A DNA stretch of 64,000 bases from Octopus sinensis (GCF_006345805.1 NC_043004.1:83576001-83640000), one strand, 5' to 3'; positions 23,341 through 37,444 are shown, counted from the first letter of the stretch. Made by a program: numbers and translations. Notes: a model not told the origin generated them from the sequence alone.

Positions 23341-23470
23341 TAAATAAATGGAGTTTTACGCTGGTGTAATCAAATATTTTTACTTTCGACACATGTTTCG
23401 AAAATTCCACTGATACTATTCAAAAGAATAAATGGTATAAACAATGCAATCTTCTCCTCAGGAAATTGAA
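23337..23470 (-). mobile_element. Solo pLTR family 2 fragment abutting (TA)n
   Basis: Similar to the 13690-13822 arm (ATAAATGGAGTT..ACGC...TTTTACTTTCGACA..TGTTTCGAA). Confidence 0.7.
23384..23465 (-). ncRNA. Type-I hammerhead ribozyme motif
   Basis: Minus strand TTTC-CTGAGGA-GAAGA...TTTTC-GAAAC-ATGT-GTC-GAAA; all core nucleotides are canonical. Confidence 0.75.
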
Positions 23471-23762
23471 AAGAGCGAAACTTATCAATAAGACATTTTA
23501 GCAAAAAATGATGGATTTGTATAGCGATAAACAGAACGCTATTAATATTGTTTAAAAAAACGTATATGATATAACGTCATAAGTAGCTAACAGAAAGAGT
23601 AGGGATACCAATAGTGAATGTTAAATATAAAGGAAATTAAAGTTTAAATTATATATAATGATAGAGACTACTTATATGCACTAAATGTATGTTTTTGCCA
23701 ATGCTTACATCTCTCCTCTCTCTCTATAATTATATATATCTTTCTCCATCTCTCTCTATATG

Positions 23763-23849
<87 letters not shown>

Positions 23850-24028
23850 CATATATACATACATATATGGAGAGAGATAGAGAAAGATATACATAATTAT
23901 AGAGAGAGAGGAGAGTGATACAGAGATAGTGAGAGAGAAGAGAGAGAGAGACAGACAGACAGACAGATACTGATGAAATGAAAATATAATTTACGATAAA
24001 AATTTTGATGTTTATTTCGATTAAATGT

Positions 24029-24440
24029 AGGCGCAGGAGTGGCTGTGTGGTAAGTAGCTTGCTAACCAACCACATGGTTCCGGGTTCAGTCCCACTGCGT
24101 GGCATCTGGGCAAGTGTCTTCTGCTATAGCCTCGGGCCGACCAAAGCCTTGTGAGTGGATTTGGTAGACGGAAACTGAAAGAAGCCTGTCGTATATGTAT
24201 ATATATATATATATGTATGTGTGTGTCTGTGTTTGTCCCTCTAGCATTGCTTGACAACCGATGCTGGTGTGTTTACGTCCCCGTCACTTAGCGGTTCGGC
24301 AAAAGAGACCGATAGAATAAGTACTGGGCTTACACAGAATAAGTCCCGGGGTCGATTTGCTCGAATAAAGGTGGTGCTCCAGCATGGCCGCACTCAAATA
24401 ACTGAAACAAGTGAAAGAGTAAAAGAGTAAAGAGTAAGAG
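24029..24440 (+). mobile_element. SINE family B, full length, with internal (TA)/(TG) microsatellite
   Basis: tRNA-like head (GGTTCAGTCCC B-box-like), body, and (AGAGTAA)n tail; matches 30727, 46246 and 48652. Confidence 0.9.
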
Positions 24441-24565
24441 TGTCTGTGTGGTAAGTAGCTTGCTTACGAACCGCATGGTTGCGGATTCAGTCCCACTACG
24501 TAGCACCTTGGGCAAGTGTCTTCTATTATAGCCTCCGAGGCTATAGTAGAAGACACTTGCCCAAG
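24441..24565 (+). mobile_element. SINE B head ending in a 29-bp foldback palindrome
   Basis: CTTGGGCAAGTGTCTTCTATTATAGCCTC-C-GAGGCTATAGTAGAAGACACTTGCCCAAG (24507-24565). Confidence 0.85.
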
Positions 24566-24693
24566 TTTTCAAATTGAAAACTCCACTACAATGGACGAAA
24601 ACATGTAATATCAAATAAATATCTGTAAATATAAAACCATCGGAATTTCTGAGGACCTCATTTCTTCTAATATAATATATATATATATATATA

Positions 24694-24761
<68 letters not shown>

Positions 24762-24939
24762 TAATATATTATACATATATATATATATATATATTATATA
24801 TAATTATATATATATACAAACACGTGTGCATACATATGTATACATATATATATATATATATGTATATGTACATATGTGTGCTTGTGTGTGTGTGAGTGTG
24901 CGGCTGTATAGACATAGATTCATTATTCTTTTATTCTTT

Positions 24940-25322
24940 TATCTTTTTACTTGTTTCAGTCATTTGACCACGGCCATGCTGGAATACCGCCTTTAGTCGA
25001 ACAAATCGACTAGTACTTATTCTATCGGTCTCTTTCCGAACAGCTAAGTGATGGGGACATAAACACTCCAGCATAGGTTGTCAAGTGATTTGGGGGGACA
25101 AACACAGACACACAAAAATATCTCACACACACACATTCACAATTTTATATACATACACGACGGGCGTCTTCCAGTTTCCGTGTACCAGATCCACTGACAT
25201 GTCTTTGTTCGGCCCGAGGCTATAGTAGAAGGCACGTGCCCAAGGTGCCACGCAGCGGGACTGAAACCAGGACCATGTGGTTGGTAAGCAAGCTACTAAC
25301 CACACAGCCACTCCTGCGCCTA
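24940..25322 (-). mobile_element. SINE family B, full length
   Basis: Reverse complement of the 24029 copy. Confidence 0.88.
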
Positions 25323-26109
25323 TAAATCAAGTCTGTGTATGTACATATGTTTACTTGCTTGTAGACTTTTATTAATGGTTTACCCCATTATGTAGATGTA
25401 ACGTTTTCTATTATAAATAAAATCTGTTGCATTTTTGACGATACGGGAATGCTAGAACATAATACCATATAAATTTCCCATCTCAGAAAACACAGGATTG
25501 TACATATACATATTTTTTGAATGATGCTTGAAACAAATTGGGTATAGAACTGATATGCGAGATAAAATAAAAATGTATGCATACACTTGACATGGTACTT
25601 TTACTCAAGACAAACGACAAAGGATGGTTTGTAATTTTAAGTACCTACGTACCTACGTATCTATGAATGACTGAATGAATTGTATTGCCAGACCAGACAG
25701 GCGAGACAAAGTGTGGGTGGCTTGTATAAGGAAAGATATATATTCCGACAACACATCATATCATAGACCACGTAAGAATATCTCTACAGTATTCACTCTG
25801 CGTATTAATCCTTATTACCTCAAACCAAAATATTCCATAGATTGTTCTCCTTGATGTAACTAAATAAATCTACTGTTTATGTATACATAGGAACTTTATG
25901 TGTGAATCTAGTCTGATCTTTCGATTCGTATGTAACAGTGACTCACTGTCTTCAAGCTTATCCCTTTTGCTTTTGCTTTAAAATATTCGTTAAACACTAA
26001 TGACATTTGTTTAACATTTGTTGAATTTAACTTATGTTGTTTTCTAATATATATTCTTACTATGAATCTATTATATATTAGTGTGAGCAAAAAGAAAATT
26101 ATTTTAAAC

Positions 26110-26967
26110 TCTAGGCACAAGGCCCGAAACTTTGGGGGAGGAGGAAGTCGATTAGATCGACCTCAGTATACAACTGGTACTTAATTTATCGACCCTGAAA
26201 GGATGAAAGGCAAAGTCGACCTCGGCGTAATTTGAACTCAGAACGTAAAGACAGTCGAAATACCTATTTCTTTACTATCTACAAGGGGCTAAACACAGAG
26301 GGGACGAACAAGGACAGACACACGGATTAAGTCGATTATATCGACCCCAGTGCGTAAATGGTATTTATTTAATCGACCCCGAAAGGATGAAAGGTAAAGT
26401 CGACCTCGGCGGAATTTGAGCTCAGAACGTAGCGGCAGACGAAATACGGCTACGCATTTCGCCCGGCGCGCTAACGATTCTACCAGTTCGCTGCCTTAAA
26501 GACAGACGAAATAGCGCCAAACATTTCACTCAGCGAGCTAACATTTCTTATATCTTTATTGCCCACAAGTGGCTAAACATAGAGGGAACAAACAAGGACA
26601 GACAAACGGATTAAGTTGATTACATCGACTCCAATGCGTAACTGGTACTTAATTTATCGACCCCGAAAGGATGAAAAGCAAAGTCGATCTCGGCGGAATT
26701 TGAACTCAGAACGTAAAGACAGAAGAAATACCTATTTCCTTACTACGCATAAGGGGCTAAACACAGAGAGGACAAACAAGGACAGACAAACGGATTAAGT
26801 CCATTATATCAACCCCAGTGCGTAACTGGTACTTATTTAATCAACCCCAAAAAGATGAAAGGCAAAGTCGACCTCGACGGAATTTGAACTCAGAACGTAG
26901 CAGTAGACGAAATATCGCTAAACATTTCACCCGGCGTGCTAACGTTTCTGCCAGCTCGCCGCCTTAG
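26110..26967 (-). mobile_element. Two adjacent multimeric SINE family A elements
   Basis: The core repeats four times, separated by the ..GAAATACCTATTTCTTTACTA.CCACAAGGGGCTAAACAC.. linker. Heads lie at ~26499 and ~26967. Confidence 0.9.
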
Positions 26968-27727
26968 CGAAAAGGAAATTAACAACAAAATGATGAATAT
27001 TAGTTCGTAAATGGTATACATCTAAATTTTACTTACTTTAGTCATTAAACTGCAGTCATGCTGGTGCACACCCTGTAACATTTCAGTCGAACAAATCATA
27101 TCAAGTACGTAAGTCATTCTTCGTCGACGTCTGGAATTATTCTACTGGTGTTATTTGATGGATCACAAACCAAATTCCGAACTGAGTCACGTTTGTCACA
27201 TTACGTCGATTAATACGGTTCAAAAAGAATATATCCCTCTGAATTGAGTTCTACACAACATACTTATTCTAAAAAAAGTCTATTTAACATGAAATTATAA
27301 ATGTTTAGTTAAAGTTTTTGCGTCATATTGCATTCCTAATATGTCTTTTCCATGGTGCAATTGTTACACACGCACGCACGTGCACATGCACAAACATATG
27401 TATATATATTATAATGTATGCAGATATATATATATAATAATTATACGATATAGTGTATATTTAAACACATGAAGAATCCACTTATAAGAATTCAACAAGC
27501 TAGAAAGAACAGCTAGGTTCTATAACCACAAAAGTTAGGGAAAAATTCGACAGGAATGAAATGAAAAATACAAAACATTTTACCATCTAGTTTCCTGGAC
27601 CAATTGGTTTCTGATTTTAGTTTAGCGAGTCAAGGAACTCGCCAGGTGCAATCTTCTTCAGCAGGATCACCTAAGGTTAAACGTATACACACGGGGGCGA
27701 ACAAAACTATTTGCTCCGTATTTATAT

Positions 27728-27895
27728 ACACGATGGGCTTCTTTTAGTTTCCGTCTACCGTATCCTCTCACAAGGCTTTGGTCGGCCCGAGGTAATACTA
27801 GAAGATACCTGTCCAAGGCGCCACGCAGTGGGACGGTATTAGGTACGCTGTTGTTGGTAAGCAAGCTGCTTGCCCCACAGACACTCCTGCGCCTC
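27728..27895 (-). mobile_element. SINE family B head
   Basis: Ends ..CACAGACACTCCTGCGCCT, the reverse complement of the B head. Confidence 0.8.
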
Positions 27896-27954
27896 TGAGT
27901 ACAGACACACAGACATACACACACACACACACACACATACATACACACACACAT

Positions 27955-28001
<47 letters not shown>

Positions 28002-28864
28002 CAGAGATACACAGAGAGAGAGAAAGACAAACAGACAGATATACTGATAGATGTATATATATATATATATATGTATGTATGTGCATATATACATACATAC
28101 ATACATACATACATACATACATACATACATACATACATACACACATGCACGTCCTTGATATCCTTTTAACAATCAAATTAATTGAGTCAGTGAAAAAGAA
28201 GCTCAAATTATGATATCGCTCATAGTAATTACTCGTATAAATACTAATCGCATCATTACAAGCTAAGACTCAGCATCCACTTACTTCGAAAGTTATTTAA
28301 TCAAATTAAAATCATGGCTAGTCCATTAACGCTGTAGTACACTTCCGTTAATTTATTAGCAATATTCAAAATTTGGTCCACTAATTTGGCATCCTGTGGC
28401 GTCGCTCTGTAGTTGCTCTTATTTTCTTTGTTAGTGTGCTTAACATTAAGAAATGTTAAGCGATAACTACGATGCTATAACATATCAATTATGCGTTTCT
28501 AAACTCTACATCGGTAGCGTAGTATATCTCAGAAGTAAAATATAAATGCATTGTTGTCTATATTACTATTGCCTGCAAATATTGTGGAGCACTTAATAGA
28601 TAATATTAAATCAAGGAAGCAACATATTTCGTCTTTATATGATGCATAATTTCGTGATGAAATATATAAATTGCGACCCATTTAATAAAGTTTATGTTTA
28701 CATCTAAAACAGTAATGTTTTTCGTTACATAAGAAATATAACTGATGCAGAATATTAATTCATTATATACATCTCATCACTTTACATATCATCATCACAA
28801 ATAATAATGTTTGTTCGGTGTATGTGTGTGTGTGGGCGGGGTGGGGTGCAGAGTAGAGGTTATC

Positions 28865-29130
28865 CGGTTATCTGGTTTTTGTGGCGTAGAGGTTTCCCAT
28901 CTGGGCGGGACGCCTGCCCGCCGCAAGTGAGCTGCTAATTGCAGGAGGAAAGGATGAGAGAATGTTGTGGCGAATGAGTCAGAAGAAGTTCGCCATTACC
29001 TTCTGCCGGAGCCGCATGAAGCTTAAGTGTTTCGCTCATAAACACATACATCACCCGGTCTGAGATTCGAACCCGTGATCCCTCGACCGCGAGTTCGGTA
29101 CTGTAACCATGCACTAGGCCATGTTCTTCC
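28865..29130 (-). mobile_element. tRNA-derived SINE family C1
   Basis: Reverse complement of 36467-36778; A/B boxes TGGCCTAGT and GGTTCGAATC. Confidence 0.85.
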
Positions 29131-29348
29131 AATTGAATATTTACTCCCTACACAAACACACACACAGACACATATATATGTTTGCATGTATATATATATA
29201 TATATATATCATATATATATGTACATATATATATATATGTGTGTGTGTGTATGTACATATGTATGTGTGTGTATATATATGTACTTACATATATATTATA
29301 TACATATATATATATATGTTTGTATGTATGTATATATTATATATATAT

Positions 29349-29386
<38 letters not shown>

Positions 29387-30726
29387 ATCATCTGAGTAGT
29401 AAGGAATATTGTCTAGATGAAAATGAAGTACGCTTTGTAGTATGTGCAATTACTAGTGAGTGTATGTGTGTGCATCTTAGTGTGTGCGTGAGTGTGTTTG
29501 TGTGTGTGCCTGTCTCTCTGTGTGCGCGCGTGTGTATGTGTATTTCTTAGGCCAGTATTTAGGCTGATTAAGAAATGTTAAACCTCATCGTTGTTTATGT
29601 CCATCACAGGGCAATGCTTTTGCATATCTGTCTTCCTGTGTTTGTTGTTACTGGCAGTGTAATGGCTTGTCAAATATTCGAGATTACCAAGTGATAAATG
29701 AAAATTCTTGCCAAGAAAGTGTCAGAAAGGCAATTTACTAAAGTGCATGGGTTTATGAATTTATTTACTGGAAGTTCTTGAATTTGTTACATATTTTTTC
29801 TACTTGTCATTATATTAGTTGTTGATCATGATGTTTGAACTGTTGTTTCCATTCTAAATATAATGTCCCTGATAAATATCTTTGAGAAAAGAACCACTGA
29901 ATTTGACCAGCCTTTTAATTATTCTAATACTAGTACATAAATACGACATTGAATATATCAGAGTTTTAGTTATGTACTATGATGAGTTTTCCCAGAAACT
30001 GCTGTGCAATTTCTAGTATCTGAATTGTCACCTTCGAGGTTTCATTTTTGTTGAGTATGTGGAATTAAATGTAGGATATGTAACCATAATGGCTTGTTAT
30101 TAGCATTTTAAAACTAGTAGCGGTTTTTTTTTATTAGCATAACACATAATACTCCCGAGTATTTAAGTAAATAAATCGTTTAAGGATGTTTATCCTAATG
30201 AAACGGATGTTGACCATAATTAAAGCACCAACTATATGTGAAATTTATACATTACCATGTTTATTCACAAAACGAAACATATTACAGCAATCTTGTTTGT
30301 CCCAAGTATCTGAGTAATACTTTATTACTGCGTTATGACGTTACCATAATAACGTTAGGCGATGCTTAGAACTAAAGTGTCATTTTAGTTCAGATATCAT
30401 ATCCTGCTTTAGTGCATGTTATAGATACATCTCCACACACACACACACAAATAATCACTGCCCTCTGCTCGATTCGTTTCATCATCTTTTTTTTATAACA
30501 ACCACAAACCGGATGTTTCTATGCTCCTCCAACAATAGGGAGCAGTCGCTATATTTCATTTCGTAACGGCTACATATGCTGAGCGCAAGGTTACATTATC
30601 CGACTTTTACCTAACACTCAGCTGAACCCCTAGTGCGAAACCGATTGGTAAAATCAACTCTAATGGATATATACTTCTCTACACTTCGATTAATATATAC
30701 ACATATACGTGCATGTGCATATATAC

Positions 30727-31200
30727 AGGCGTAGGAGTGGCTTACATGGTTCCAGGTTCAGTCCCACTGTGTGGCACCATGGGCAAGTGCCTTCTACTAT
30801 AGCTTCGGGCCGACAAAAGACTTATGAGTGGATTTGGTAGACGGAAACTGAAAGAAGCCCGTCGTATATATGTATATGTACATACATACATATGTATATA
30901 TATGTATATATATATATATGTGTGTGTGTGTGTGCATGTGTGTGTGTGCGTGCGTGTATGTGTGTGTATATGTTTGTATGTCTGTGTTTGTCTCCCTACC
31001 AACATCGCTTGACAACCAGTGTTGGTGTGTTTACGTCCCCGTCACCTAGCGGTTCGGCAAAAGAGACCGATAGAATAAGTGCAAGGCTTGTAAAAATATA
31101 AGTCCTGGGGTCGATTTCTTTGACTAAAGGCGGTGCTCGAGCATGGAAATGACTGAAATGACTGAAACAAGTAAATGAATAAAAGAGAGTAAAGAGTATA
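30727..31200 (+). mobile_element. SINE family B, full length
   Basis: Same head, body and tail; expanded internal microsatellite. Confidence 0.9.
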
Positions 31201-32944
31201 TGTCTGTATGTATGTATTTATGTATGCATGTGTGTGTGCGGGTGAGAGAGAGAAAGAGAGAGAGAAATAGAATAAAAGATTCTATCATGAATTTCATTAG
31301 CTTACATCTGTTTCTGCTATAATATTATAAACATTAATACTTCAGTGGTTCTGTATTACCTTATAGCCTCTTCAGATGTCTGATGTACAAGCAACAACGG
31401 CCGACTTAATACGAGCGGTCTCTCGGAACAACCAAACTCTAAGAGCAGAGTTTCTGGAAAAGCATAAGGAGAAATTTCACAGTTACAAACAAGACTTAGA
31501 GTGCAGAGGTCTTAGAAAGAAACATGGTAATAAGTGAAGTTTTATCCATTATTCCCAGGTGGATCTTGCACTAAATTTTCCATCATGTGTTTTGCTTTTA
31601 AAAACAATTGTAAAGTGGTTGGGGTTGATGTGGTAGCAATTTTATGCATGTTGCTTGTCCATGTGATGGCTTTGTTATTTGCAGAAACTGAAGTATGAAA
31701 ACGTGTGTATAAGTGATGAATGAGGCAGTGAGTAAATATTATTAGATTTGCTCGGAGAATCCTTGTTGTATTAGAAAAGTGTGTTGTGAAAATAACTCCA
31801 TATGTTGCGCTGTGAGATAAATCAAATAAACTTAGGCTTGAAAATTTATGGGGACATTATGGTGCATGGATACAAAAGAACCGTTGCTGCGTCGGTAAAA
31901 GAAACTGTGTCGGGTATATTGTAGAAAAGAAACTTGATGGAACGTGGATGCTGAGCGTCTATGTCTCTAAGTTATTTATTTATCTGGAATAAGTGACAGA
32001 AAGAGTATAGGGTAATTTTCCTGACGAGTGAATTAGCTAACATCTTGGACAATGACCGCCTTCATAGAAAAGTTGACAGGAGAGTTATAAATGACCAATT
32101 GTCTTTCTTTTATTCTTTTTTACTATCAACTTTATGCTGACGAAGAAATAATTCTGAAATGTTAGATATTCTATATCGCATGGTAATTTCACATACACCT
32201 TCAGAATTTTAAAATGTATGTATTTTGTAAACCAGTGAATGAACCATTAATGACTTATTAATTATATTGTTGTAAATGCTGAGTCGACAGAACGATCGGT
32301 TTAACTAGTTTATATTTATGCAAAACGCTGTTAATTTAGAAAATTTTACTGGAGCTGAACGCTTTAGATTAAGTGCTAAATTTAGGATGAATTTTAACTC
32401 CAAAGCAATTCCGATATTACTTGAAGAAATTGGGATAGTGTTTCTGCAAAATACAAAAACGGTACAATATCCCGTTTCTTATCCCTGACATTTAAGAAAT
32501 AACGCCAAAAGCCTCTTATAAAAGATTTATGGAACTAAGGCAACCAGAATGGCATACAAACACTTAAGTATGTAAATTATCAGTCATTTCCAAAAACACA
32601 TTAGAAAATTTTGTATGCGTATGGGTGTGTGTATGATGTGTGAATATTGTTATATGTAGGTCTTTATGAATTTGTGTTTGTGAGCAGGTCAGTGTGTTTT
32701 TGGTGAGATTTTGTGTATATGCGTTAGTGTATTTATATACATTTAGGACTGTGTGTTTGTGTGTCAGTGTGTTAATTGTTGTGCATATGTGTGTACATCG
32801 GTAAGTGTATTTATATTTATTAATGTGTATGTGTTTGTGTGCGTCAACATTTTTATTGGTGTGAGCATATGTACATATATAAATATGTGTGAGCGTATTT
32901 ATATGTATTTACGAAGAAGCGTTGACAAGTTGCTGTTTTGAAGG

Positions 32945-33110
32945 CTATTGCGAAGGACGATACACATTTACAGGGCTTTGAAAAACTGAAGGACCACGGC
33001 GAAAATTGTGGTGTGAATCTGACAGAAATGCATTGAGTAAAATAATGATCAACTGATCCTCCTGTATTTTCTTTTACCCAAAGCGAGGAACCATTTAACA
33101 CGCCCACGTG
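32945..33110 (+). mobile_element. Mariner 3'-end fragment
   Basis: QGFEKLKDHGENCGV resembles the GIxKLxxRWxKCV C-terminus; followed by a TIR-like ..GAGGAACCATTTAACACGCCCACGT. Confidence 0.45.
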
Positions 33111-33587
33111 CCGGAATATTTGTTGGTGTATGTGTATATGTCATTGTGTGTGTGAGTATATTCGTGTGTACACCTGTGTGTGCGTGCGTGTGTGAGAGGA
33201 TCTGTAAAGGCAGGCGCGAGTGTAATATTAACTGTTGTAACATACGTAAGGCAAATAACAGTATTTCACTGAAATTGTGTTTCATATGTAGTATTAAGTT
33301 TGTGCAGATAAATGGGATTTTGTATACCAGACGCAAGTCGCTAACGTTTGTAAAACGCAGTGAAGATTATACACTCAGAGTTAAGCTGGAAATGAGAACG
33401 TAAATAAATAAATGAATATAGATAGATAGATAAATAAATAAAGACAACATTTCAAATCTTCCAAGTTATTAATTTAACAATGAGTATATTTTTGACAGAA
33501 ACGACATCACGAGTTTTCTTCGATTCTCGTCTCAAAAGAACGATCTCATATACAATTATTCCTCGTCGGCAAAGCACAACTAACACA

Positions 33588-33618
<31 letters not shown>

Positions 33619-34334
33619 CACCACACACACACACACACACCACACACAAACACAAGCACGTACGCACACGCAAATACTGAGAGCATGCACGCATAGATAC
33701 ACACATACACACACACACATATATATATAAGAGAAGCAATACTTTATTCAAACAATACTTAATTGAAACAAAAGTGTAGCCACCATACTCCCTCAGATAC
33801 AGAGACAGAGATGCAGATCCTATTCATTCGATGTATACATAACTAAAGACGTTAGACAAGCGGTCATGTCTATTATTGCCATTATAAATATAATCCATCG
33901 TCGTAAAAGTATGACTGTCACATAGACATACGCATACACACTCGCATACACACACGCATACACACAATCACATGCACAAAACATATACACATAAATACAC
34001 GAGAAATTATCTTTAATAAATAGCTGTTAGTTTTTACTAATTATTTATTCACTTTAGTATTAATTTCGAATTTTGACACGAGGCCAGCAATTTGACAAGG
34101 TAAGTCGATTATTTCAACCCCAGTGTTCAAATAGCTCTTATTTCATTGATTCCGGGTGGATGAATCGTAGTTATTGTTGGTGTTGTTGTACTTCTTCTTA
34201 CAATCAGGACTCACGACATTAGCCACAAAAAATAATCTCTAATTCGAGCCTACTCTAAGCTACTGAGAATGCATGCGGCAACTTGAAGATCCACCCACCA
34301 TACCAGATAGACTGGCGATTGCGCGGGCGCAAAA

Positions 34335-34640
34335 GTTAGGTTGTTATCCTCATTCCATAAACGATTGCTTTTAACGGGTGGAGCGCTGAACCATCCTGGG
34401 ATACAGAGGATTCGCAATCTAGACTAGGGTCTGAAAGTTTACCACACCATAGTGGGTTACACCATGGTTCCTCTGCTTTGTGGCAGAAGTAGGAAGAAAG
34501 AGTGAGAGAAAGTTGTGGTGAAAGAGTACAGCGGGTTTCACCCCAGTCCCGGAGCCTCGTGGAATTTAGGTGTTTTAGTCTGGCAATCGAAACCGCGTTC
34601 TCACGACCACGTATCCGCTGGGCCATTGCGACTCCACCGG
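34335..34640 (-). mobile_element. tRNA-derived SINE family C2
   Basis: Shares head and CTTTCACCACAACTTTCTCTCACTCT with 42333-42657 and with C1; different 3' part. Confidence 0.8.
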
Positions 34641-35320
34641 TGTTGTTGTGGAACAGTGTTATGCTAATGTGGCTGCTGCTGTTGTTGTTGTTGGTGGTGG
34701 TGATTTTTCTTTTGATGACGCTCTTGTTATTGTTGGCGTTGTGGATTATGTTGTTCGTTTCGGTTGTTGCAGCAGTTGTTCCTATTTTTTATTTGCAGGT
34801 CAATCCTGACTAGGTTATTTCGTGTTCAAATGTACTTCATCCATGCCCACCCCATCTAGTCCCCAATTACCAATGACTACATCATTCCATGCGTTCTTGC
34901 TTTTAATAATATAAAAGCAAAATATGATTTGAAGGAGATATTGCTGCTATTTCTAGCAGGTTGTGTGGTCAGAAAATCCTTCCACTTACACCAAGTATCG
35001 TATGTTGTAAGGGTGGAGACATCTACTTTTACAATTCCCAAGAGAACTCAAGACGTAAGAAAAACCCAGTGCGATATAGAGTGTTAGTGCATTCGTCACA
35101 TGGCTGAAAAAAAAACAGAAAAAAATAATAACAAAAACAAAAAACAATCGGTTTCCTTTATTCATAATCAAACAAGGCTATTTTTATTTATTCCTTAATA
35201 TTTATAATATTTATGTACTGCTATTTATTGATAATTAATAATATTTACTATTATTATTATTATTATTGTTATTATTATTATTATTATATTATTATTATTA
35301 TTATTATATTATTATTATCA

Positions 35321-35351
<31 letters not shown>

Positions 35352-35371
35352 ATTATATTATTATTATTAAT

Positions 35372-35570
35372 GTGGCAAGCTAGCAGAATCGTTAGCCGGA
35401 CGAAATGCTTAGCGGCTTTTCGTCCACCTTGAGTTCAAATTCCGCAAAGGTCGACTTTGCCCTTCATCCTTTCGGGGTCGATAAACAAAGTGCCAGTTAC
35501 GCACTGGGGTCAATATAATCAACTCCTCCCTTCCCTCAAAATTTCAGGCTTTGTACCTATAGTAGAAAGG

Positions 35571-35632
<62 letters not shown>

Positions 35633-36030
35633 CAATGTGGCAAGCAAGCAGAAACGTTAGCCGGGCGAAATACTAAGCGGCATTTCGCCCGCCTTGGGTT
35701 CAAACTCTGCAAAGGTCGGACTTTGCCTTTCATTCTTTTGTGGTGGATGGAATAAGTACCAGTTGTGCACCGAGGTCGATGTAATCGACTAATCCCCTCC
35801 GACCATATTTCGGGCTTTCTGCGCATAGTACAAAAGGATTATTACTATTATTATTATTCAAGGCGGCGAGCTGGCGGAATCGTTAGCATGCTGGATGAAA
35901 TGCTTAGCAGTATTTTGCACGTCGTTACGTCCTGAGTTCAAATGTCACCGGTTTCAGCTTCACCATCTTTTCTTTCGGGGTCGATAAAATATGTCGATGT
36001 TATAGACCAGTGCCCTCCCCTGATATTTCA
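35372..36030 (+). mobile_element. Three head-to-tail SINE family A copies separated by (ATT)n
   Basis: Copies at ~35372-35575, 35637-35840 and 35860-36030, each flanked by ATT repeats. Confidence 0.88.
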
Positions 36031-36101
36031 GGCGTTCTGGATTATTATTATTATTATTGTTATTATTATTATTATTATTATTATCATCATTATTATTATT
36101 A

Positions 36102-36452
36102 TATCACTTTATCACAGGTTTTGCTGGAGCTCCTGGAGCATTGCATGCGTAGCGCTCTTACTACCTGCATCCTACGGTGCCATGTTATCCGTTCTTTTCA
36201 GCTATCTAATACTTTCCAAGGAGGCAAACCTTTTGTAACAGTTCTTCTAGGCACTCTATTCCAATTTCCTTTATATTCCTCGTGATGCCTTCTGATACTG
36301 TTCCCAAGGACCCAACAATAATTGGCACATCTTCACCTGATTAATTTTCTATAGCCAAACTATTTCGTACTGAAGACGATTGTATCTATCTTTCTTTTCG
36401 CCTTCCTACTTGACTCTTCGTGGGTCGGAGGGACATGCAACGTCAACTATAT
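36102..36452 (-). mobile_element. 3' end of an R4/Dong-like (restriction-like endonuclease) non-LTR retrotransposon with (TAA)n tail
   Basis: Minus strand IVDVACPSDPRRVK*EGEKKDRYNRLQYEI..VPIIVGSLGTVSEGITRNIKEIGIECLEELLQKVCLLG matches the RLE C-terminal consensus; it is followed by a short UTR and (AAT)n. Confidence 0.78.
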
Positions 36453-36466
36453 AGCATATATATATT

Positions 36467-36778
36467 TGTGGAGGCACATCGCCTAGTGGTTAGAGCAGCG
36501 AACTCGCGGTCGAGGGATCGCGGGTTCGAATCTCAGACTGGGCGATGTGTGTGTTTATGAGCGAAACACCTAAGCTCCACGAGGCTCCGGTAGAAGTTAA
36601 TGGCGAACTTCTGCTGACTCTTTCGCCACAACTTTCTCTCACTCTTTCCTCCTGCATCTTGCAGCTCACCTGCGACTGACCGGCGTCCCGTCCAGGTGGG
36701 GAACCTATACACCAAGGAAACTGGAAAACCGGCCCTTAAGAGCCAGGCATGGCTCGAAAAGGAACAAACAACAACAAC
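36467..36778 (+). mobile_element. tRNA-derived SINE family C1 (Meta-domain-like centre), (CAA)n tail
   Basis: Head GCCTAGTGGTTAGAGCAGCGAACTCGCGGTCGAGGGATCGCGGGTTCGAATCTC; central CCTGCGACTGACCGGCGTCCCGTCCAGG resembles the V/Meta SINE domains (from memory). Confidence 0.85.
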
Positions 36779-37404
36779 ATATATCGTGCACCAGTTCCGG
36801 TCTATTTTGCTCTACCACCTGATCTGTTTGGATATTGCTGTTGTTGTTTTTGTTGTCGTTATTATTATTTCGCTAGTGCATTCTAATTTAGCGGGTATTT
36901 TATCTTGATATCTGGCGACAGCGAGTCTCCGTCAAAATCTCAACAATCTGCCTCGGAATTCTTACTTTTCTGCACGTCAACAATGCATGTTTCAAAACCC
37001 AATTCATTTGAGTCTTTTAAGCAGAATTTTGGGCGTTCTGCCAAGCGGACTAATTAATTACGAGAGGAATAGTTGTTGGCTTAGTGTTTCGCATTCTGCT
37101 GAGTTCTCTGGCCAGATCCTGGTATTTATAATTTTGTTTTTTCATTTTCTTTTGCATCGATTCTACCTTTAAAACCTTCCTTAATAATTAGTTATTAAAA
37201 GCTGGGCTGATTATAAGTTTATTAACAGAAAATATGTGTGTATTGACAATTCGTTTATATGCATTTATAAAAACACACAGAAATACACACACACACACAT
37301 ATGTGTGTTTGCGTGTGTGCGCGTGTTTTGTGTCTATAATTGCATGTAAACAAATTGTCGACAAACACTTTATTGACGCAATGCACATATGTATATGTGT
37401 TTGT

Positions 37405-37444
<40 letters not shown>

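Noticed and set aside
32133-32185. CTGACGA-AGAA/TTCT-GAAA hammerhead-like core
   Set aside because: Helix II forms, but helices I and III cannot be paired in register with an NUH site.
31380-32200. Possible Penelope RT relic on the minus strand
   Set aside because: Strand composition and a few partial motifs are suggestive, but no intact diagnostic motif is present.
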